A DNA stretch of 39,522 nt from a virus: positions 1 to 39,522 of IMG/VR virus record IMGVR_UViG_3300028675_000001. The stretch is one strand, 5' to 3'. This document shows positions 9,572 to 15,746 of the stretch, in pieces. The translations under genes were made by a program, and so were the position numbers. Under the pieces are notes generated by a model. The model did not search any database. It saw only the letters and a list, made by a program, of their open reading frames with translations, and was not told where the DNA came from. Positions within the stretch are counted from its first letter, which is position 1. Every line of letters begins with the position of its first letter.

Positions 9572-9899
9572 TTTGCCCCTCCTTATTTATTATTTCCCAA
9601 ATTCCTTCCTTAATTAAATCAGCAACAGATCTACCTGTTAATTCACTTATTTTTAACATTTGTTTATATAATTCTTTATCCACAGATGAACCAAGCCGTA
9701 AAATTTTAGCTTTTCGTTGCCACAAAGCATTGGTTCCAGTTTCATTTACTAAAAAATTTGTATATTTCTTCAAAACCAATTCCATTGCCTCTTCTATTAA
9801 ATCTGCTATTGACTTATTAGTTTGATTGAGATGTTGAATAATTCGTTGCTGAAGTGCTTCACTTAACCTAAAAACAAAATTCCTTCTATTTTTTAACAT
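9564..9899 (-). CDS. Tandem ribbon-helix-helix (CopG/Arc/MetJ-like) DNA-binding regulator
   Basis: There are two RHH-like units: FVFRLSEALQQRI...SIADLIEEAMELV and ILRLGSSVDKELYKQM...RSVADLIKEGIWEI. It is the first gene behind a strong promoter. Confidence 0.6.
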   Translation of the reverse strand: MLKNRRNFVFRLSEALQQRIIQHLNQTNKSIADLIEEAMELVLKKYTNFLVNETGTNALWQRKAKILRLGSSVDKELYKQMLKISELTGRSVADLIKEGIWEIINKEGQNA

Positions 9900-9929
9900 T
9901 GTCCTTCACCTCCTTAAAGATTTATTTTT

Positions 9930-9957
9930 ATTTTACCATAAATTTTAAAAAAGTCAA
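9930..9957 (-). promoter_or_regulatory. Sigma70-type promoter (TTGACT, 16-nt spacer, TAAAAT, with TGn)
   Basis: The minus strand reads ggcTTGACTtttttaaaatttatggTAAAATaaaa, about 30 nt upstream of the RHH gene SD. Confidence 0.6.
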
Positions 9958-9959
9958 GC

Positions 9960-10396
9960 CTCTTTTTTCTCATCTTATCTTTCTCATTTCTAATTTACCG
10001 ACTCTCATCGCCTCCAGTCTTTTCTAAATCTATACCTTTTTCTTGTCAACTTAACGCCTCTTGGATCTTATCCTTTTACTCCAATCGCTTCATTTTTAGT
10101 CAGTTCTTTTCTAACCTCTTGGCGGATCTGGTCATTTCCTTTTCTTGTCAGCACAATTCCCCTCGCCTCCTTCTCTGATCCATTCCCCTCCTTTCCTATT
10201 CACCTTTCGTTCTTTCTAATCAAATCTCAAATCTATTCCAGTCCATCCGCTTCCTTTCCCCTCCAAATCAATTCCTTTCCCCTCTTTACCTATTCTAATC
10301 ATCTCAGCTTCTCTCACCTCCCGCTCGTCTCCTTCCCTATCCTATCATCTCCTATAGCTCTCTTCAATTCACCTTACCTCCTTTCTTCTCATTTCC
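9960..10396 (-). other. ORF-free tract that is polypurine in the minus sense and polypyrimidine in the plus sense. Candidate non-coding RNA, leader or R-loop element.
   Basis: No ORF of 60 aa or more in any frame. By hand count the plus strand is about 6 percent G and about one-third C. There are 6 CCTCC (GGAGG in the minus sense) and about 25 TCC (GGA). Confidence 0.5.
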
Positions 10397-11143
10397 TTAT
10401 CCTTTTTTAATCGTTATAACTTTTTTCTTCACATCACTTAACCGCTCAAATTCCACTACCTTAAACCTACCATATTTAGCCCCTCTCCAACTGCTCTTTC
10501 CCCAAATCTCTCCTTTTGTAAAAATATCTAAAATCTGCTTATCAGTTAACTTCCCTGCATAAACCTTCACAATAAATTCCTGCTCTATCGGTAAATTTAA
10601 CATCTCCGACCACACAATCGTAACTATATACTGCCCATATGTCCATGACCTCAATGACCTTGATAATAAACCATCAGGCTCTTTAATCAATTGCCCATTC
10701 CTTTGATAAGGAATTAAAAAATCTTTCCTATAATCCCCCGTTTCCTCAACTGGACAAATATCTACATATCTGGATATCTGATTCTTCAATGACCCAGACA
10801 TATAATGCAATGCTATTTCTTTCATAAAACCTTTAATTTGATAATGATAATCTGCCAAAAATCCCTCAGGTGTCCGAGTAAAAATTAATAATCTATTCTT
10901 CTGCTCCTCTTCACTTATCTTCATTTCTTCTTTAGCTTCAAGATCAGCCTTCAATCTTTCAATCTCTTTTTCAATAAGTTCCCGCTCCTCTTCTTTTTTA
11001 GTTTTCTTCAATTGTTTTTCAAGCTTCTCAATCTCTTTCTCAGCCTTCTTAATAATATACTGTTGAGCCAAATCACTTGATGGGTTCAAAGCTAAAACAG
11101 GAGTTAAATAACTAATCCGAATATAATATCTGTCCACTTGCAT
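10397..11143 (-). CDS. Hypothetical protein with an internal Lys/Glu coiled-coil insert
   Basis: 248-aa ORF with a GGGAGGTGGGG SD upstream. Confidence 0.6.
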   Translation of the reverse strand: MQVDRYYIRISYLTPVLALNPSSDLAQQYIIKKAEKEIEKLEKQLKKTKKEEERELIEKEIERLKADLEAKEEMKISEEEQKNRLLIFTRTPEGFLADYHYQIKGFMKEIALHYMSGSLKNQISRYVDICPVEETGDYRKDFLIPYQRNGQLIKEPDGLLSRSLRSWTYGQYIVTIVWSEMLNLPIEQEFIVKVYAGKLTDKQILDIFTKGEIWGKSSWRGAKYGRFKVVEFERLSDVKKKVITIKKG

Positions 11144-11159
11144 ACCCCACCTCCCTTTA

Positions 11160-11642
11160 TTAATTCATCATTTTTTTTATTTTTTCCAAAACAATATCAA
11201 ATGCTTTAAACCACTCAGCAACAAACTCAATATTCTCATCAAATAAAAAACACAAAATCGAAGCCCTCATCACATCAATTCCATACATTTCTTTAATTAT
11301 TTCCATACTTTCAATAAACTGTTTTTCAAATTTCTCTACAGCCTCACTTTTCTTTGCCTGTTTCAGTTCTTCAGGCAATAACTCAATTAATAAAAGAAAC
11401 CAGAAATTTTCACAACATTTAACTTCAACAAAATTCATCATACACAACCTCACTAATAACGCCAAAAACTCCTCATCAGTCAACTCAACCTTATCCTTAA
11501 ATTTCTCAACAATTGACTCAAAACACGCTTGCTTAAATAAATCAGCCGAATGATTAAAACTAAATTCTTCCAAAATCTTTAAAACTTTCTCTGGATCTAT
11601 ATTTCCAAATTTTTTGACCGCTTCAATCGCTATATCCTTCAT
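11160..11642 (-). CDS. Hypothetical protein
   Basis: 160-aa ORF with a GGGGGTGG SD upstream. Confidence 0.55.
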   Translation of the reverse strand: MKDIAIEAVKKFGNIDPEKVLKILEEFSFNHSADLFKQACFESIVEKFKDKVELTDEEFLALLVRLCMMNFVEVKCCENFWFLLLIELLPEELKQAKKSEAVEKFEKQFIESMEIIKEMYGIDVMRASILCFLFDENIEFVAEWFKAFDIVLEKIKKMMN

Positions 11643-11663
11643 TTTTCCACCCCCTTTTAAATT

Positions 11664-11996
11664 TTAACTAACCATACTCAAAACAAATTCATATTCAAGT
11701 TGCTTCAATTCTTCTTCAGTTAATATTTTGCCTTCTGGAAGTCTTGTTTTTAAAGAGAAATGCACACACATGTCCCCTGGTCTGAGTTTAACCGTGATCC
11801 TATTAAAAGGAATATTTATCCCTAATAACTCACTTAAAACTTTAGCCGTTGCTTCATGACCCACCGCCGATATAAAATCAATCTCAGATAAAATTTCTTT
11901 GGCTTCTTTTAAACTAATCTTCCTTAAAATCACTGTATACCGACTTTTTTCATCAAAATTAACAGGCACAATCAATGAATTCATTACATATAACAT
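11664..11996 (-). CDS. acrIII-1: DUF1874 / STIV B116-like protein. Candidate AcrIII-1-type viral ring nuclease (cyclic tetra-adenylate degrading).
   Basis: SAVGHEATAKVLSELLG..FNRITVKLRPGDMCVHFSLKTRLPEGKILTEEEL parallels the B116 pattern I recall (NAIGHDSTINLV...NRVEVKM.EGDEALII..SQRLEEGKVLSD.EI). About 110 aa. A GGGAGGTGGGG SD lies upstream. Confidence 0.7.
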   Translation of the reverse strand: MLYVMNSLIVPVNFDEKSRYTVILRKISLKEAKEILSEIDFISAVGHEATAKVLSELLGINIPFNRITVKLRPGDMCVHFSLKTRLPEGKILTEEELKQLEYEFVLSMVS

Positions 11997-12012
11997 AACC
12001 CCACCTCCCTTT

Positions 12013-12408
12013 TTAGTTTATTAATGTATGAATTTCTACATAAAGTAAATAATTGCCATCTCGCTTAGTCCATCGATAACACATCACATCATTGTATCTT
12101 TCTTTGCTTAACCGCCAATCTAAATCATATCCATTTGCTTCATCTTGCTCTCTTACCGCATAAGTAATCCCTATTACAACCATTCCCTCAATCATATATC
12201 TGACCCACTCCTCATCCAAATCATCATAAAATTCTAAATCCTTATCATGTAAAGAGACAGATTTCTTAGCCTCTAAATATCCTCCTTGCCAAACTAAAAC
12301 ATCAGGCTTCTCACCAAATACATTTGTAAAGTATTCAATTATCCTTTCCTTCCGTTCTTCTTCCCGTAGTTTCTTTTTTGTTTTGTTAATCCATTCAAAT
12401 TTTTTCAT
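12013..12408 (-). CDS. Hypothetical protein, distant paralog of 14345..14701
   Basis: 131-aa ORF with the SD TAAGGAGGGG. It shares W..KT..EE.R...IIE.F.N.F...PD.V and a C-terminal Y.W.K pattern with the 118-aa ORF. Confidence 0.6.
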   Translation of the reverse strand: MKKFEWINKTKKKLREEERKERIIEYFTNVFGEKPDVLVWQGGYLEAKKSVSLHDKDLEFYDDLDEEWVRYMIEGMVVIGITYAVREQDEANGYDLDWRLSKERYNDVMCYRWTKRDGNYLLYVEIHTLIN

Positions 12409-12419
12409 TTTGCCCCTCC

Positions 12420-12548
12420 TTATCTTTTAATTATCCGCTTTAGTCTATGCTTTAGTCTTTTCCATAGACCCCGACGTTCAAATTCATCTCTCTTCATAAA
12501 AACCCACTGACCATTTTTCCATATTGTTAAATACTTAAGCTCCGCCAT
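12420..12548 (-). CDS. Small basic ORF (42 aa, MAELKYLTIWKNGQWVFMKRDEFERRGLWKRLKHRLKRIIKR), not in the track
   Basis: GGAGGTG sits 5 nt before the ATG. The start overlaps the stop of 12535..12741. The stop lies 11 nt before the next start codon. Confidence 0.4.
   Translation of the reverse strand: MAELKYLTIWKNGQWVFMKRDEFERRGLWKRLKHRLKRIIKR
12438..12473 (-). repeat. 12-bp-phased CTTTAGT repeats (ACTAAAG in the minus sense), 2 to 3 units
   Basis: ctttagtctatg / ctttagtctttt / ccatagaccccg. A 20-nt core here is identical to 14090-14108 apart from the last base. Confidence 0.6.
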
Positions 12549-12741
12549 AAACCCACCTCCTTTTTGATTTTATCCCTAACTTTTTCAAAATCATTTTCCG
12601 CACTTGTTCCTCAGACCACCCCCGCCACAGTCGCCTACCTTGCTCAGTAAAAAGCAACTCAAAAAGCTTCCCTTCCTCAATAGCCCGCTCAATAATTCGC
12701 TCCAAACACGCCTCAGGAAATAATTTAAAACTCACTGACAT
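12535..12741 (-). CDS. Hypothetical protein
   Basis: 68-aa ORF with a GGTGA SD-like site upstream, abutting the upstream gene. Confidence 0.5.
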   Translation of the reverse strand: MSVSFKLFPEACLERIIERAIEEGKLFELLFTEQGRRLWRGWSEEQVRKMILKKLGIKSKRRWVYGGA

Positions 12742-12745
12742 GGCT

Positions 12746-13072
12746 TCACCTTTCTAAAAACTTTCTTAATTCTTCTCTTTTTTCTTCTGGCACTTTCATC
12801 GCTAATTCTCTCACATAATCTAAAAGCTCTTCATCTAATTTCACTTTCTCTTCAAATTGCAAACTATCATAAAACTCATCACCATCGAAAATAGTAGATA
12901 ACCACGATCCCCAACTCCACCCCCATGCCCTCTCGGGGGATCTCATATACCGCTGAAATACTAAATAAGCACATTCTTCTCTCGAATGTTTTTCCCACTG
13001 CTCATATGGCAACACATTAAATACTAATTTTTCGAACCACTCTTCAATAGTAAGCTTTCGTTGGTTTGTCAT
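12746..13072 (-). CDS. Hypothetical Trp-rich protein
   Basis: 108-aa ORF with the SD TAAGGAGGT and its own promoter upstream. Confidence 0.6.
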   Translation of the reverse strand: MTNQRKLTIEEWFEKLVFNVLPYEQWEKHSREECAYLVFQRYMRSPERAWGWSWGSWLSTIFDGDEFYDSLQFEEKVKLDEELLDYVRELAMKVPEEKREELRKFLER

Positions 13073-13082
13073 GGCTCTACCT

Positions 13083-13106
13083 CCTTAGTTTTTGCTTTAG
13101 TTCTAA
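13083..13106 (-). repeat. 12-bp-phased CTTTAGT-type repeats (2 units) between the -10 box and the SD
   Basis: ccttagtttttg / ctttagttctaa. The first unit merges with the SD. Confidence 0.5.
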
Positions 13107-13130
13107 TATAACATATTTTTAAAATGTCAA
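13105..13130 (-). promoter_or_regulatory. Sigma70-type promoter (TTGACA, 14-nt spacer, TATATT, with TGn)
   Basis: The minus strand reads cttcTTGACAttttaaaaatatgtTATATTag. The spacer is shorter than in the sibling promoters. Confidence 0.45.
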
Positions 13131-13291
13131 GAAGTTCTTTCTTGTGTTCTAAAAATTTTTTTGCTATAATATTTTGTAAAACATAAACGACATAACCTCA
13201 TAAACCCTTCTGGTTTTAACAAATAAACGGTTTGCTTAATCAAAATTGAACGCCCGCAATGGTCACATCTAATTTGCTTTAGTTCTTGCAT
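13127..13291 (-). CDS. Small zinc-ribbon protein (54 aa, MQELKQIRCDHCGRSILIKQTVYLLKPEGFMRLCRLCFTKYYSKKIFRTQERTS), not in the track
   Basis: GGAGGTG sits 5 nt before the ATG. It has paired CxxC motifs (CDHC, CRLC). Its stop codon lies inside the next promoter's -35 box. Confidence 0.55.
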   Translation of the reverse strand: MQELKQIRCDHCGRSILIKQTVYLLKPEGFMRLCRLCFTKYYSKKIFRTQERTS

Positions 13292-13314
13292 AGCTCCACC
13301 TCCTTTTTAATTTT

Positions 13315-13342
13315 ATTATACCACACTTTTTAAATTTGTCAA
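13315..13342 (-). promoter_or_regulatory. Sigma70-type promoter (TTGACA, 16-nt spacer, TATAAT, with TGn)
   Basis: The minus strand reads ccccTTGACAaatttaaaaagtgtggTATAATaaaa. Confidence 0.65.
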
Positions 13343-13349
13343 GGGGATT

Positions 13350-13387
13350 AAATTTTTTCATCTTTAAAGTAATCCGCAAGAGTGATC
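13350..13387 (-). repeat. 38-bp repeat, copy A (34/38 identical to 14191-14228)
   Basis: Copy A reads aaattttttcatctttaaagtaatccgcaagagtgatc and copy B reads aaatttttttatctctaaagtaatctgccagagtgatc. Copy A lies immediately upstream of the -35 box at 13337-13342. Confidence 0.85.
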
Positions 13388-13438
13388 TTGTATATAAAAT
13401 TTTAAATAAATGCATAGTTTAACTCAAACCCAAACCAT

Positions 13439-13467
13439 GAGCCCGAGCCCATCCTGAGCCCGAGCCC
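13439..13467 (-). terminator. Duplicated GGGCUCGGGCUC unit. Possible strand-specific G.U-dependent RNA hairpin (terminator-like) or G-quadruplex.
   Basis: The minus sense reads GGGCTCGGGCTC-aggat-GGGCTCGGGCTC, then atggtttgggtttgag. In RNA the two units can pair over 12 bp (8 GC plus 4 GU). It sits 6 nt after the stop of 13474..14052. Confidence 0.3.
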
Positions 13468-13473
13468 CTCTTT

Positions 13474-14052
13474 TTATCTTTTCATTGCTGGCATACAAAC
13501 CCCTAAAACACTTTTTAAATCTTCATAATAACCACTTGGACACTTTGCAAACCATAAGAAAATCAAATCATAATCTTGATCATGAAACTCTTCTTTACCA
13601 TCGTATATAAGATAAGATGTCCTCTTGACAACCCTTGCAATTATTTTAGACAAGGGAAGAACTTGACTAATAAAATAATAATAAACCCTATTGATTAAAA
13701 ATTTATTCTTTACCTCATCAATAACATTGTCAAGCTCATAAAAATCAGGATACTCTTTACTTTCAATTAGCTTTAAATCATCATAAAAAGAAACTTCTCT
13801 TATAATTTTTCTCGTAATATTTTCATTTAATATCCATGGCTCTTCGGAAACAAGCTCTTTAATCTCAAGTAGATCTATTAAATTGCCGACAACTCCATTA
13901 ATTTTTAAATCAACCCTTTTATCAACCCTTTGTTTTAGTAAAAAATCCCTTACCGCCCAATGACCATTACTAAAAAATCCATCTTGAGATAAATAAAGAC
14001 CCCGATCATTTAAAGCCCTCTTAAATAACCGAATACCAATCTTTTTATTCAT
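13474..14052 (-). CDS. Hypothetical protein
   Basis: 192-aa ORF with the SD AAAGGAGGTGG upstream. Confidence 0.6.
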   Translation of the reverse strand: MNKKIGIRLFKRALNDRGLYLSQDGFFSNGHWAVRDFLLKQRVDKRVDLKINGVVGNLIDLLEIKELVSEEPWILNENITRKIIREVSFYDDLKLIESKEYPDFYELDNVIDEVKNKFLINRVYYYFISQVLPLSKIIARVVKRTSYLIYDGKEEFHDQDYDLIFLWFAKCPSGYYEDLKSVLGVCMPAMKR

Positions 14053-14077
14053 GACACCACCTCCTTTCTATTTTTTT

Positions 14078-14125
14078 GCCATAGTTTTACTTTAGTCTAT
14101 GCTTTAGTTTTTACTTCAGTCTTAA
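14078..14125 (-). repeat. 12-bp-phased CTTTAGT repeats, 4 units
   Basis: gccatagtttta / ctttagtctatg / ctttagttttta / cttcagtcttaa, in the leader of 13474..14052. Confidence 0.6.
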
Positions 14126-14190
14126 ATATTTTTTACAAATTTCATTTAAAAAACAACTTTCCACCTCCTTGGTTTTTTGCCATAGTTTTT

Positions 14191-14228
14191 AAATTTTTTT
14201 ATCTCTAAAGTAATCTGCCAGAGTGATC
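14191..14228 (-). repeat. 38-bp repeat, copy B (see 13350-13387)
   Basis: 34/38 identity by direct alignment. Confidence 0.85.
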
Positions 14229-14286
14229 AAATACACTGTATGGAGTTTAAAGATGCAATTCAGGATCAATTCACCGTGGGGAGTTT

Positions 14287-14315
14287 AAAAGAAAAAAGGG
14301 GGGCTATGCCCCCCT
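14287..14315 (-). terminator. Rho-independent terminator (minus strand)
   Basis: The minus sense reads A-GGGGGGC-ATA-GCCCCCC-TTTTTTCTTTT, about 30 nt after the stop of 14345..14701. Confidence 0.75.
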
Positions 14316-14344
14316 CGTTTCTAATTCAGAGTGTGGAGTGGAGA

Positions 14345-14701
14345 TCATTCATAATATAAAGAAACGGTCAATTTATATCTGTCCATAAACTTTTTCCATT
14401 GATATGCCTTTGTCCTACTAAAATTCCAATCAGTCTCCTCACATTTTGTATTTAACTCACGAATTTCTAAAACAATTTTTTTTATTTTCTGGTTTTCAAT
14501 AAAATAGTTACTTTCTTGTAAATCTATTTCTTTGATCGCAATCAACGTCGGAGTAGAATATATATACTCTTTTTCAAACAAAACAGAGTCGGGAAAAATT
14601 GAAAATTCATTTCTAAAAATTTCAATAATCTTGAGTTGTCTCTGCTCTTCCTTCACTTGCTCCCGAGTTTTTGCTACCCAAAACTCCACTAATCTTTCCA
14701 T
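14345..14701 (-). CDS. Hypothetical protein, distant paralog of 12013..12408
   Basis: 118-aa ORF with the SD CAGGAGGTGG upstream. Confidence 0.6.
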   Translation of the reverse strand: MERLVEFWVAKTREQVKEEQRQLKIIEIFRNEFSIFPDSVLFEKEYIYSTPTLIAIKEIDLQESNYFIENQKIKKIVLEIRELNTKCEETDWNFSRTKAYQWKKFMDRYKLTVSLYYE

Positions 14702-14721
14702 AATCCACCTCCTGTTTTGGT

Positions 14722-14928
14722 TTAATTAACTAAAGGATTGCTAATAAATTTCTCTTTCTTTGTCAGGATAAGCAAGTTTTTTTCTCTAAAAGTTATCTCA
14801 TCAATAAATTGATCAAAAGCTAAATTAAAAAATGCTCTCAAAAACTCAAGTTCTGTTTTAGTTAAATTAAACTTCGATAAATCAATCATCCAAAAGTTGC
14901 CTTTTAATAATTCCCTAATCTTGTCCAT
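14722..14928 (-). CDS. Hypothetical protein
   Basis: 68-aa ORF with a GGGGGTG SD and a promoter immediately upstream. Confidence 0.5.
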   Translation of the reverse strand: MDKIRELLKGNFWMIDLSKFNLTKTELEFLRAFFNLAFDQFIDEITFREKNLLILTKKEKFISNPLVN

Positions 14929-14958
14929 GACCGCACCCCCTTCTCATTTTTTCTTTTT

Positions 14959-14986
14959 ATTATACCATATTTTTTAAAAATGTCAA
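14959..14986 (-). promoter_or_regulatory. Sigma70-type promoter (TTGACA, 16-nt spacer, TATAAT, with TGn)
   Basis: The minus strand reads ggtcTTGACAtttttaaaaaatatggTATAATaaaa. Confidence 0.65.
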
Positions 14987-14991
14987 GACCT

Positions 14992-15291
14992 TTAATCCAA
15001 ATCAAAAAACTTCTCAAATAATCTTGAAAAATAATAATCTTCTAAATTATTAACTAAATAAAGCATAATACTATAAACTTTTAACATTTTTTGATCTTTG
15101 TTTTCTAAAGCTATTTCTTTTCTTTTTTGTAAATTTTCTTTTAGCTCTTTAAATCCTTCCCAGTTATAATTTTTCAAAAAATACTCTAACTCCCTTTCTA
15201 ACAAAAATAAAATACCTTTCCTCTCTTCCTCAAAAAATAAAAATTCCTCAGCCTTCTTAATTATGTCTTCAATTCTTACTTTTTTAACCAT
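14992..15291 (-). CDS. Hypothetical protein (first gene of the leftward early block)
   Basis: 99-aa ORF with a GGGGGTG SD upstream. Confidence 0.55.
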   Translation of the reverse strand: MVKKVRIEDIIKKAEEFLFFEEERKGILFLLERELEYFLKNYNWEGFKELKENLQKRKEIALENKDQKMLKVYSIMLYLVNNLEDYYFSRLFEKFFDLD

Positions 15292-15329
15292 GACAGCACC
15301 CCCTTTTTAGTTTTTTTATTCTACCTACA

Positions 15330-15357
15330 AAGATAACACAGTTTTTTAAAATGTCAA
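15330..15357 (-). promoter_or_regulatory. Sigma70-type promoter (TTGACA, 16-nt spacer, TATCTT)
   Basis: The minus strand reads ggacTTGACAttttaaaaaactgtgtTATCTTtgt. Confidence 0.55.
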
Positions 15358-15746
15358 GTCCTTGAAAAATTCAAATTTTACCAATCTTGCCAATTTATCA
15401 TTTAATTTCTTATCAATACTTTCTTTTTTGCATTTTTTCATTATTTTTTTAAAACCCATAACCAAACCTACTCCCGATCAATTGTTGAATTATTATATTG
15501 TTTAGTAAAGAAATAAATCTGATGTAATACTTGTAAAGAAGATTTTTAAATTTTTTTTTTTACTATCAAGTTAATATTATGTAAAATTGAAGTAAATGCT
15601 AAAAAATAAAAAAGAAATTCTTCTTTACAAAAATTACAGTCCTTTAAGTTCTCTACTAAATAAATATATAATTATGAAAATATCAGAAATCAAACCTTTA
15701 CAATTCTTGACCAAAGCACATTATTTAAAAATTTATAAATTAATCA

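Noticed and set aside
9960-10396. Short ORFs inside the polypurine tract (for example a 28-codon MIRIGKEGKGIDLEGKGSGWTGIDLRFD and 11-12-codon peptides).
   Set aside because: The SD-to-start spacings are wrong (2-3 nt or 14 nt). The peptides are just Gly/Lys/Glu/Arg translations of purine-rich DNA, and none spans more than a small part of the tract.
10397-11143. A RAMP/Cas-like protein, suggested by the C-terminal GKSSWRGAKYGRF glycine-rich motif and the N-terminal YLTPVL strand.
   Set aside because: The resemblance rests on two short, low-information motifs. A long coiled-coil insert and the lack of other RAMP features make the call unsupportable without profile searches.
14234-14291. A possible mini-CRISPR array (two 19-nt repeats separated by about 19 nt).
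   Set aside because: There are only two imperfect copies. The repeat and spacer lengths are far below CRISPR norms and no cas genes are present. It is better explained as regulatory or duplicated leader sequence.
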